From: a virus
Lineage: Duplodnaviria; Heunggongvirae; Uroviricota; Caudoviricetes
Reading direction: 5' to 3' (one strand)
IMG/VR virus record: IMGVR_UViG_3300028260_000001
Coordinates: 184,333 to 248,332 of that record
DNA: 64,000 bases
Under the pieces are notes generated by a model that worked only from the letters and a program-made list of their open reading frames with translations, was not told where the DNA came from and did not search any database. Shown here one piece after another: positions 1 to 10,958 of this stretch. Positions within the stretch are counted from its first letter, which is position 1. Each line of letters opens with the position of its first letter. The position numbers and the translations under genes are program-made.

Positions 1-2757
<2,757 letters not shown>

Positions 2758-2792
2758 AAAGAAAATAAAGAGTGAGCCCGAAGGCTCACTGA

Positions 2793-3419
2793 TTATACAC
2801 GTGGCAGAACGATCTTGGCTTCCTGGTTGTTGTACTTGCCTTTACGGTCAGAGTACGACGTCTCAGGGTCTTGATCGAGTTTGTGGAATACCAGCTGCAG
2901 ACAACCTTCTTCAGCGTAGAAGATATTCGGTCGGTCTGTAGTGTTCTGGAACTCCAACGTAATGTAACCATCCCAACCTGGTTCGATCGGGGTACACAAA
3001 CAGTTCCAACCTGCACGGGCAATGGTAGACTTACCAATACAAATCGCGACAACATCGCGAGGCATATTGACGTACTCCATACTACGTGCCAGCAAGAAAC
3101 CACCCGGTGGTACTACAACCTGACGACCGTTGACTTTGTCAAACATGTCGGGGGTGATTTCTTTATAGCTCAATGGACTTACCGGTTTCGGCTTGCCAGT
3201 GAACAGATGTTTGAGGCGTTCCCACAACGAGTACTTGATCGGTTTAAAGATCATGAACTCTTGGGCTGCTCGGATATCGTATCCGGCAGTGGACAGACCA
3301 TAGCTTGCAACTTTTTCACCCCGCACTTCTTTTACGGAACGACCGTAGAAAGGCGAGATCATTGGAACTTCAGCATCTTGACAGAGGCTGCGAATTGATT
3401 TGTCAGAAAGAACAGACAT
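2793..3419 (-). CDS. dcd: dCTP deaminase
   Basis: SYGLSTAGYDIR, GKSTIARAG, TPIEPGWDGYITLEF, EGCLQLVF, Y.DRKGKY motifs. Confidence 0.96.
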   Translation of the reverse strand: MSVLSDKSIRSLCQDAEVPMISPFYGRSVKEVRGEKVASYGLSTAGYDIRAAQEFMIFKPIKYSLWERLKHLFTGKPKPVSPLSYKEITPDMFDKVNGRQVVVPPGGFLLARSMEYVNMPRDVVAICIGKSTIARAGWNCLCTPIEPGWDGYITLEFQNTTDRPNIFYAEEGCLQLVFHKLDQDPETSYSDRKGKYNNQEAKIVLPRV

Positions 3420-3449
3420 TGAAATACTCCTGGGTAGACATTACATTGA

Positions 3450-3737
3450 CTACCGGCGTAGAATTTTGTCTAGTTCTTTATCGAAGTCTGGATGACTGAT
3501 TTCGTACATAGGTCCGATTGCAGTCTGAGCCGTGCTATTTGCAATCTTCACGCATTCTTCGATCTTGCTGTGTATACCACTGATGGTTTGCGCTTTCCAG
3601 AAGTTCGGAACAGGTGCAATGTCATTGCTATTGACACCCCCGTATACCGCAGAGTTGATCCGATTCGAACGACGGTTCAGTGCCAGCTTACGGAACAACT
3701 TAGATTGACCAGTTTTCATTTCTATCCTTAACGACAA
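3450..3737 (-). CDS. hypothetical protein
   Basis: 95 aa ORF between terminator 3741-3758 and dcd. Confidence 0.6.
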   Translation of the reverse strand: MSLRIEMKTGQSKLFRKLALNRRSNRINSAVYGGVNSNDIAPVPNFWKAQTISGIHSKIEECVKIANSTAQTAIGPMYEISHPDFDKELDKILRR

Positions 3738-3740
3738 AAT

Positions 3741-3758
3741 GGCTACCCGAAGGTAGCC
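3741..3758 (-). terminator. hairpin terminator, UUCG loop
   Basis: Minus strand GGCTACC-TTCG-GGTAGCC directly after the stop of 3767..4330. Confidence 0.85.
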
Positions 3759-3766
3759 GTCTTTAT

Positions 3767-4330
3767 TCAGTCAGACCAGTTCGAGCTACCAGAATCATCC
3801 CAGGAACTCGAACGAGAGCCGGAGTCATCGAACGAACTGGAGCGAGTATCGTCGAAGCGAGTAGACGACTCCGGTTCAGCTGGTTGAGAAGCTTGTTCAC
3901 GTGCAGTGTTGTAAGCATTCTCAGAACGTACGCGTTCTTCATGATCGCCCCAACCAACCGTACGCGCAGGCTCTGGTTGGGGATCAGTCTTTAGCAGATC
4001 GCTAATGATGTCGGTGACAGCATCGACGGCCAGTACTGTGGTGACCGTATCCAGTAGACTATCGCTCCGATCAACTACTGGAGAACTTACAGCTGCACGG
4101 GATGGACGATGTACTTGTTGCTGTGCCACGTAAGCAGGTTGCCGAGAGACACTGGCTACACCTGTACTGAATGCAGCAATATTGCGATCACGGATTTCCG
4201 ATTCCCCTGCAGAGCGAACCGGAGTAGAGCGTCCCAGACTGATAACAATATCAGTACGTGGTGGTCGTGCAGGCGTTACTTGTTTTGGTTTGAAACCGAA
4301 CCAGCTTTTGATGCGTTGCCACAGAGTCAT
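3767..4330 (-). CDS. hypothetical protein with Ser/Asp-rich low-complexity C-terminus
   Basis: 187 aa ORF, tail SSSFDDSGSRSSSWDDSGSSNWSD. Confidence 0.8.
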   Translation of the reverse strand: MTLWQRIKSWFGFKPKQVTPARPPRTDIVISLGRSTPVRSAGESEIRDRNIAAFSTGVASVSRQPAYVAQQQVHRPSRAAVSSPVVDRSDSLLDTVTTVLAVDAVTDIISDLLKTDPQPEPARTVGWGDHEERVRSENAYNTAREQASQPAEPESSTRFDDTRSSSFDDSGSRSSSWDDSGSSNWSD

Positions 4331-5001
4331 TCGAATTCCTTTAAACGGGGATCAGTCGGTTTATGAATTTGGTGCCAATCAATATCGATGTACGGGTAAT
4401 CGAGTTCATGCTCCTCCAGCCATGCTTCGACTTCCTCAACGACTTTGGCATCGTACAGATTCTTAATGATCGGTACGTTTGCTTTCTTTGCTAATTGCAG
4501 GGCAGTGTTAGTACCACCATGTACTTTCGATTTACCATTAGGTTCAGCATAAAAGTAAATCGCCGATACAAGTGAAGCTAGATCAGCTCCATGGATTTGA
4601 TACACGTTCCGCGTATGGAGTTGTACACCACCAGGGTTCAATCCCCATAAACCACCACGAGCCAATGTAGCCAGGTTCAATGCGGTAGTTTGCGTGTTTG
4701 CATCAAACAATGAAGCATCGTAGTAAAATGGATTATCTTTAACCCATCTACCGTTGGTTCCGTCTTTATGTAGAAAGACTCTCGCGCCAATCTCTTGGTA
4801 TCGTTTCGACTGTGCAGCGCCATAAAGGAACGCACGGTCTGAATCCCATGCGTCCCCTGATGACATTTGATACCCTAGATCCGTATAGGTTCGACCCAAC
4901 CGGATCATGAGCTCTAATGCCCACTCTGGAACTTCACGTGAACCGACTCCCGCGATATAGCCTTTAATCAGTACAACCACCTGATGACAGAGGGAATTCA
5001 A
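4327..5001 (-). CDS. DprA/Smf-like SLOG-superfamily nucleotide-binding protein
   Basis: YIAGVGSR, SSGDAWDSDRAF, HTRNVYQIHG, HGGTNTALQLA match the SLOG/DprA Rossmann-like pattern; start uncertain (GTG at 4980 possible). Confidence 0.7.
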   Translation of the reverse strand: MNSLCHQVVVLIKGYIAGVGSREVPEWALELMIRLGRTYTDLGYQMSSGDAWDSDRAFLYGAAQSKRYQEIGARVFLHKDGTNGRWVKDNPFYYDASLFDANTQTTALNLATLARGGLWGLNPGGVQLHTRNVYQIHGADLASLVSAIYFYAEPNGKSKVHGGTNTALQLAKKANVPIIKNLYDAKVVEEVEAWLEEHELDYPYIDIDWHQIHKPTDPRLKEFE

Positions 5002-5362
5002 GGTAATAAAGATGGCGACGATTTACGGGTTCAAACACAACTTCCTTGACGATCCAACCAACTTTCGACAAAGCTTTCTTGGTTTGTTCCACTTCCTCGT
5101 CAGTCAGATAACGGCAAGCGGGTATACGAATACAACCACTGCTCAACATGAATGCACGTACTTGCTCAGCTTCACTGAGTAGCTCTGTCATCACGTTAAG
5201 CACGATGACAACGTTGTCTGTATATGCCTCAAGTGCTCGACGAACTTGGTGCGGTGCCGGAATTGATTTCAGTACTGGCGTAACGCGCTCACCGAGAATT
5301 TCAGCAGCCGGTGTACCATATTCACTGTGATTCCACCAACGCTTCAACCAATCAGGAACCAT
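4964..5362 (-). CDS. hypothetical protein
   Basis: 132 aa ORF in tightly packed early operon. Confidence 0.75.
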   Translation of the reverse strand: MVPDWLKRWWNHSEYGTPAAEILGERVTPVLKSIPAPHQVRRALEAYTDNVVIVLNVMTELLSEAEQVRAFMLSSGCIRIPACRYLTDEEVEQTKKALSKVGWIVKEVVFEPVNRRHLYYLEFPLSSGGCTD

Positions 5363-5705
5363 CGAGAATACCTCGAGTCATGTCACGTTCACGGTCTACG
5401 GTAGTGAAGCCATAGGCCACGAGCAACCCATGAATGAAACCCATCCATCGATGTTTCTTGGTGATGGATTGTTCGAAGTTGGTTTTGATTTCTTCAAGCA
5501 TCCATTTCAGATGTCCTAGAGAGGTCTTTGGACCGAAGCGATCTTCGTTCCAATCACGATCATGGTCAACACGCAACATTGCAAGATAACGTGGAACCAT
5601 CACTTGGGCTAGTTTGATGTATTCACAAAAGTCTTCATCACAGGTGTAGACTTCACGAGCGCGTGCTAATCGAACGTTCTGTTCTTCGTGTAGGGAAGAA
5701 ATCAA
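5352..5705 (-). CDS. hypothetical protein
   Basis: 117 aa ORF overlapping both neighbours. Confidence 0.75.
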   Translation of the reverse strand: MISSLHEEQNVRLARAREVYTCDEDFCEYIKLAQVMVPRYLAMLRVDHDRDWNEDRFGPKTSLGHLKWMLEEIKTNFEQSITKKHRWMGFIHGLLVAYGFTTVDRERDMTRGILDGS

Positions 5706-6220
5706 GGGAAGATTACCTTCAGCGTAGTAGTGGTAGGGCTACCCTGAGTAAAGGTAACGGTTTTCCAACCAGCGTCCAGATACTTCTGCTTGACGATATC
5801 AGTAACACGACCACTCAATACCGCGGCGATGGTTACTTCCAAGAAACTACCCAGTGCAGAAGCAACAGGTTTTGCTTTGATCAGTTCAGCTTCGAACTTC
5901 ATTACAGCATCAAAAGCAGCTTGATGAGTAAAGCGGTCCATAAATACTTCGGGGGTTACAACATCAGGTAGGTCATGATTACCTACGCCATGTGGCTCGT
6001 GCGCACATGGGATTTCAGTTCCACTCATTGCTCTTTCCTCGCGTTTCTCACGCAGTGCTTTCAATACAGGATCTTCGATTAGAGGTAATTCCCGTATCGC
6101 TTTCATAAATTGTTCTTCTGCTTCTCGTTCAGCAGGAGATCGGATGATACCTGGACCGATACGACCAACAAAGCAATTGCCTGGGCGTTCGTATCGATTC
6201 GAGTGAATGATGCTTGACAT
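5702..6220 (-). CDS. hypothetical protein
   Basis: ORF track 5702..6265; likelier start ATG 6220 (MSSIIH) after AAAGGGAG SD. Confidence 0.75.
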   Translation of the reverse strand: MSSIIHSNRYERPGNCFVGRIGPGIIRSPAEREAEEQFMKAIRELPLIEDPVLKALREKREERAMSGTEIPCAHEPHGVGNHDLPDVVTPEVFMDRFTHQAAFDAVMKFEAELIKAKPVASALGSFLEVTIAAVLSGRVTDIVKQKYLDAGWKTVTFTQGSPTTTTLKVIFP

Positions 6221-6295
6221 GGTTGCTCCCTTTAAATAGCTCGTGGGGCACGATGTACCCCACAAACTATTGTTCCGATAGTATTTACTTCGGAC

Positions 6296-7036
6296 TTAAC
6301 GGGTCATCAACGCGCTATCAACAGCACGGATGGTGCCACTCAATTTAGCTTGAGCAGCCTCGCTAAGTTGCTGCGGTACTGCAACGATTGGATACATACG
6401 GGCCAGTTCATCGCAGTCTGCTTTGTGCAGTTCTGCGTTATACGAACCATCCGCATTCAACCAAACGGGACGCTGTGCTTCTACTTCTTCAGGAGTAGGC
6501 AACCAATCCAACCCCGCTCGAGCAAGGTGTTTCAGTTGTTCATCCTTTTCTACTTCCAGCTCATCCGGTACCGACTGGACGAGATCTGGATTGCTTCCGA
6601 AGAATTCAATACCTGCAAGAGTGTCTTCGATGTGCACATCCGCACTGGTGGATGCAACTTCGATGAGGTCAACACTCTTTTCCAACATGCACATATTGAA
6701 TACCTTCAGTTCTTGGTTATGATCCACGATGTTCCACCCAAAGCCTTCCACGCCGAAATCACGGCATGTAAACCAAGGGTATTCCAAAAAGCGTTCGGTC
6801 CACGACAAATGTGTGACGTAGAACCGACCTTGCTTTGTTGCCTTCACGTAATAGGTACTGTTTATCAGAAACCCTTTTCCTTCCTTGAAACTTACAACTC
6901 CTTCATTAAACCACTTGGCGATCTGTGCCGCCTCCCCTGTAGTCGCCCGGTCAATCTGAAAGCTACGTTTCTCCCGATCGTAGATAACAGTTGCCGAGTG
7001 TAGTTGAAGGTCAATTCCATCCATTGTGGAAATCAT
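6296..7036 (-). CDS. hypothetical protein
   Basis: 246 aa ORF, GGGATG context at start. Confidence 0.75.
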   Translation of the reverse strand: MISTMDGIDLQLHSATVIYDREKRSFQIDRATTGEAAQIAKWFNEGVVSFKEGKGFLINSTYYVKATKQGRFYVTHLSWTERFLEYPWFTCRDFGVEGFGWNIVDHNQELKVFNMCMLEKSVDLIEVASTSADVHIEDTLAGIEFFGSNPDLVQSVPDELEVEKDEQLKHLARAGLDWLPTPEEVEAQRPVWLNADGSYNAELHKADCDELARMYPIVAVPQQLSEAAQAKLSGTIRAVDSALMTR

Positions 7037-7138
7037 AACATCCCCGTAGTAAATAAAATGCCGGTTTCATACCAGCGCTCCAGTGCTTGTATTGCTATTT
7101 TTATTACAGCTCCTGCTTGCACGCAGGCTTACAACCCT

Positions 7139-7627
7139 CTAGTTTTTGATCTTAGCCACAAAGATGCGGTTCAGATCTTGATGCAGCGGGGCTTTCTCAG
7201 AGCTAACTATCATTATCCGATTTTGAACATCCGGATTGAAGAAGTTAGTACTGTGGGTCAACCGGAACGTATTGTCCGGTAGTTCATCGAAGTGATAAAA
7301 CGGCTCGATGTTCATTGGCGTCAGTACAGTGTACCTCGTTACAATGAGTGGTCGTCCATCACCTAGGATAAAGTGGGGGAAATAACGCTTACCTTCTTCA
7401 TGGCGAATTACCTGGATATCGGTTTCATCCGGGATATCGCCATCGAAGAATGTCCCTTCGGTATGCAGCAGAATCCATTGGTTGCCTTTGCGCTCTAGGT
7501 GACAAAACTTCTTGTTACCTGGTTGCAGAGGAATGGATTTGTAGATCACGTTGTCACACAGAATCGTTTCGCCAGTGTCCAATACGAAGAACACTTTTAG
7601 CTTAACGGGTGGTTGCTTCTTTGCCAT
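7139..7627 (-). CDS. hypothetical protein
   Basis: 162 aa ORF coupled to upstream gene. Confidence 0.75.
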   Translation of the reverse strand: MAKKQPPVKLKVFFVLDTGETILCDNVIYKSIPLQPGNKKFCHLERKGNQWILLHTEGTFFDGDIPDETDIQVIRHEEGKRYFPHFILGDGRPLIVTRYTVLTPMNIEPFYHFDELPDNTFRLTHSTNFFNPDVQNRIMIVSSEKAPLHQDLNRIFVAKIKN

Positions 7628-8058
7628 CAGTACAGATGCTCCGAGAACAGAGTTCCGTCAGGACCTCCATCAGGTAATAGTTTGCGCCCTTGTGCAGCGC
7701 ACAGATCCCATGCTTCTTTACGGGTGTAGTACGTACCGAACTGATCGATGAAGCCTTGATCATATTCGTTACCAGCGTAAGCACGCAATGCGTCCATGCC
7801 TACGAGTTTGATAGTCATCGTCATCGATACAGAATAGTGACGACTACCGGTGACAATGAAATCGCCGTAGCGATTAGCAGCACAGACGATCACACGGGTG
7901 GACTTATACTTGTCCCAACGCCATCCCGTGAAACCATCCTCATCTTTCTCAATCCAGCAGCGATCCATGTATTCTTTATTCGCATAAGCAGCAGCTTCAC
8001 GAATGAGATCAACACGGGTTTCTAGTGGGATCTTCTTGAGGGTAGGGTTACGCTCCAC
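7627..8058 (-). CDS. conserved phage hypothetical protein (CAAN...GSRH...QGFIDQFG..YTRKEAW family)
   Basis: Motif pattern recalled from small proteins of many large phages; function unknown. Confidence 0.75.
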   Translation of the reverse strand: MERNPTLKKIPLETRVDLIREAAAYANKEYMDRCWIEKDEDGFTGWRWDKYKSTRVIVCAANRYGDFIVTGSRHYSVSMTMTIKLVGMDALRAYAGNEYDQGFIDQFGTYYTRKEAWDLCAAQGRKLLPDGGPDGTLFSEHLY

Positions 8059-8542
8059 ACAGTGCCTCGTAGTTAGGGATCAGCGTGAAGATGGTGTAGG
8101 TGTTGCCTTCGCTACTGACTTGCATTTTCGGTAGCATCATGTGGCCTGCATCTTGAGCGAAAATATACAATGCCATCATCTGGTCAGCTGGAATCATACC
8201 AGCCAACGAGATCGAGATACCTTTGAAGACTTTGTCGCTTTCTGGATTCGGATCATCCACATTACCGTATCGACGTTGACCAGAACCGAAGATCGCTTCA
8301 CATGCTTGCAGTGCATGGAACGTGTCTTCATCAGTGAAAGCTTTGTGCACGTCCAGATACGTCAGCGTGGTGATCGACTGGATCGAGAAGAACTGGCGAG
8401 GGAATGCTGGGTATTGCGCATCGTTGTCAACATCGACGCTGAACTCAACTGTACCGCAACCAACTTGTGCCATGACGGGAATGTTTTTGCCGTCAGCTGT
8501 TTTCAGCGACATGCGTGGAATAGGCTGTAACTCTTGAGACAT
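8048..8542 (-). CDS. hypothetical early protein, first gene of the operon
   Basis: 164 aa ORF, GGAG SD, 29 nt downstream of TATATTAC. Confidence 0.8.
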   Translation of the reverse strand: MSQELQPIPRMSLKTADGKNIPVMAQVGCGTVEFSVDVDNDAQYPAFPRQFFSIQSITTLTYLDVHKAFTDEDTFHALQACEAIFGSGQRRYGNVDDPNPESDKVFKGISISLAGMIPADQMMALYIFAQDAGHMMLPKMQVSSEGNTYTIFTLIPNYEALCGA

Positions 8543-8570
8543 TTAAAAACTCCAGTTGGAATGCAATAAC

Positions 8571-8590
8571 GTAATATAGATTTGAGATTT
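8571..8590 (-). promoter_or_regulatory. phiKZ-type early (virion RNAP) promoter
   Basis: Minus strand AAATCTCAAATCTATATTAC; TATATTAC is the established phiKZ early consensus. Confidence 0.8.
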
Positions 8591-8599
8591 CTTAGAAAC

Positions 8600-8771
8600 G
8601 ACATAATGGTTACCCGAAGGTAACCACCAGAGGTCAGGCTCTAATAGACAAGGTACGTGTATGAGCATTCGTTGCTTCTCAGCAATAATGGTCACGCTCA
8701 TGGGTGCAACTAGGCTGGATCACCTCCTCATGGACTGCGCTTAAGCGCGGGCCTCGTCTATACTATCATGC
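8600..8771 (-). ncRNA. candidate structured small RNA carrying a 16-nt complement of the 16S rRNA 3' end
   Basis: Own UUCG terminator (8607-8626), nested stems with GAGA tetraloop (8661-8701), AGGAGGTGATCCAGCC at 8728-8713, no plausible ORF; ends inferred. Confidence 0.45.
8607..8626 (-). terminator. hairpin terminator, UUCG loop
   Basis: TGGTTACC-TTCG-GGTAACCA then TTATGTC on the minus strand; no annotated gene ends here. Confidence 0.75.
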
Positions 8772-8836
8772 ATAAAGTATTTTATTTCTGATCGGGGCTA
8801 ATCTTATGACTTCTAATAAAGAACAAGGGCTCAACC

Positions 8837-10957
8837 ATGCAAAGCTATTTCCGACGTTTGATGGGCGTCGTAGTTGCTAAAGAACAAGGCAACGAAATCA
8901 TCCTCTCCGGTGTAAACGGGAATCATCTCGTTCGGGACATTTCCAAGTATTGGAAGACTTCACGTATTGCGGCCAACATCTTCAACCACGCTTCATCTAC
9001 AGAACTTCGGTTCTATAAGTTCTTTGCTCCTGACTTCTTGTACATCCTCAACAGCGTGATGAACTACCGTTCCCGATTCATCTCGGTACGAACGGCAGCT
9101 GCTATCCGTGAAGCAATGCTGACATCTACATGGGTTGGTAAAGCGTTTGCTAAACCTGAGCCTAACGCGGTAGGTCGCCTGGACTTCTCCAAACTAAACA
9201 ACCTGAAGTTCTCGGCTAAGCAACCACAGATGGAATACTTCCAGTCGTACAATACTCGACTGGATCAATGGAACCTTGTGGGCGATCTGCTACACGCGGA
9301 ACCTGGTACTGGCAAGACCTACATGTGTACAGCTATCGGTGAGATGCTCGGTGCTGACAAGATGGTATTCTTCTGTGAGAAACGAGCAGTTGAAGTTGTG
9401 TGGGAAGCCTCGATGGATGAGATGTACCATCAGAAGCAAACTGTGTGGTCCTCAGCAATGGGCAGACCTTACAATGGTGAGCGGATTATCATTGTTCACT
9501 ATCAATGGCTATCGAACTTCCTCGACCTAGTACAGACCGGTGTGTTTAAAGGCCAGAAGATCTTCACTGCGCTTGATGAATGTCACAACATGAACGACCC
9601 TAAGTCCATGCAAACGCAGCTCTATATCGCGTGCGTTAAGGCCCTAGGCTCACAAGACAACATCTTGGCTTCTGGTACTCCAGTTAAAGCACTGGGTGCT
9701 GAATTGATCACGTTGATGACTGTATCCGATCCATTGTTCACTCCTGAAGTGGAAGCTAGGTTCCGGTTGATCTACGGGAAAGAAGGTGGTAAGGGTCTGG
9801 ACATTATCCGACATCGAATGGGCTTCATGTCATTCTTCATCGCTAAGACTGAGAAAGACACTGGTCTCAAACCACCGATCAACAAACCCTACAAGATCCA
9901 GATCCCGAATGGTAACGACTTCACACTCCCGGCTATTAAGGTAGTGATGGAAGCGTTCATTAAAGAGCGTGTCAAGTACTACAAAGATCGGAAACCACAG
10001 GATGAGAAATACTGGGCCGAATGCTTACGGTTACACGAAGCTACCCTCCGTACAAAAGAACAGACTGCTGCTTATAACGAATATCGTCGTGTACTGAAGA
10101 TCGTTATCGCTAACCCAGATCCACGATTCACGGGTGAAGAGATCAAGGCTACTAACAAATACGAGAAGCTCGTGTTCGGTCCATCGTTACCACAGTCGAT
10201 GATTCATGAGTTCCGTGATGTTAAGTCGGCTATCAAATACGTGATGCTGAAGATCCAAGGTGAAACCCTCGGACGTATCCTGGGTGGTAAGCGTATTGAA
10301 TGTCACGTAGCTATGGTTCCACATGTTGACTGGGTTGGTATCGTGGAATCCACTCAGAAGAAGACGATCATGTTTACTTCGTTCGTGGAAGCACTAGAAG
10401 CCTCGGATTCCCATACCCGTAAACTCGGTATGACTCCAATTGCTGTCTACGGCAAAACGTCTAACGAGCTGTCTTCGATTGTAGGTCGTTTCGATAAAGA
10501 TCCTAAGCTGAACCCGCTACTCGCTACTTACGCGTCCCTTGCAACTGCTGTGCGCCTAACCATGGCTGACACCATGTTGATTCTGAACTCGCCATTCCGT
10601 AGCTATATCCTAGAACAGGCTATTGCCCGTATCTGGCGTATTGGTCAGGATTCTCAGTGTGTGGTTTACACCGCTGTGTTGGATACTGGTGACGTACCTA
10701 ACATCTCGACCCGTTCGGCTGACATCTTGGCTTGGTCTCAAGCAATGGTTGAAGAGATCACTGGCGTCAAATCTCCATTCGAACAGAAGGAAGCATTTGA
10801 ATCCTACCTGGCTAACCAACCAAAAGAGTTTGATGAAAACAAGATGTTCTATGCGGTACTACAGAAATCAATGGAAGCCTACGATCTAACCGTAGACCAA
10901 AAAGAATTCGAAGTACCTAAATACACAGCCAACCGAGTCCCTGGATGGATGAGATAA
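8837..10957 (+). CDS. SNF2/DEAD-like superfamily 2 helicase
   Basis: Walker A AEPGTGKT, LDECH, ASGTP, QAIARIWRIGQ. Confidence 0.9.
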   Translation: MQSYFRRLMGVVVAKEQGNEIILSGVNGNHLVRDISKYWKTSRIAANIFNHASSTELRFYKFFAPDFLYILNSVMNYRSRFISVRTAAAIREAMLTSTWVGKAFAKPEPNAVGRLDFSKLNNLKFSAKQPQMEYFQSYNTRLDQWNLVGDLLHAEPGTGKTYMCTAIGEMLGADKMVFFCEKRAVEVVWEASMDEMYHQKQTVWSSAMGRPYNGERIIIVHYQWLSNFLDLVQTGVFKGQKIFTALDECHNMNDPKSMQTQLYIACVKALGSQDNILASGTPVKALGAELITLMTVSDPLFTPEVEARFRLIYGKEGGKGLDIIRHRMGFMSFFIAKTEKDTGLKPPINKPYKIQIPNGNDFTLPAIKVVMEAFIKERVKYYKDRKPQDEKYWAECLRLHEATLRTKEQTAAYNEYRRVLKIVIANPDPRFTGEEIKATNKYEKLVFGPSLPQSMIHEFRDVKSAIKYVMLKIQGETLGRILGGKRIECHVAMVPHVDWVGIVESTQKKTIMFTSFVEALEASDSHTRKLGMTPIAVYGKTSNELSSIVGRFDKDPKLNPLLATYASLATAVRLTMADTMLILNSPFRSYILEQAIARIWRIGQDSQCVVYTAVLDTGDVPNISTRSADILAWSQAMVEEITGVKSPFEQKEAFESYLANQPKEFDENKMFYAVLQKSMEAYDLTVDQKEFEVPKYTANRVPGWMR

Positions 10958-10958
10958 A

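Noticed and set aside
2793-3419. dcd plus tmk as a sign of uracil-substituted or modified DNA
   Set aside because: Both are routine dTTP-supply enzymes in phiKZ-like phages; no modification enzymes in this window
6243-6263. GTGGGG...CCCCAC hairpin between early genes
   Set aside because: Imperfect, lacks the UUCG/TATG signature; could be a processing site but unsupported
8713-8728. Possible rRNA gene fragment
   Set aside because: Flanks do not continue as 16S helix 44/45 or ITS sequence, so this is not an rRNA gene; treated as a targeted complement instead
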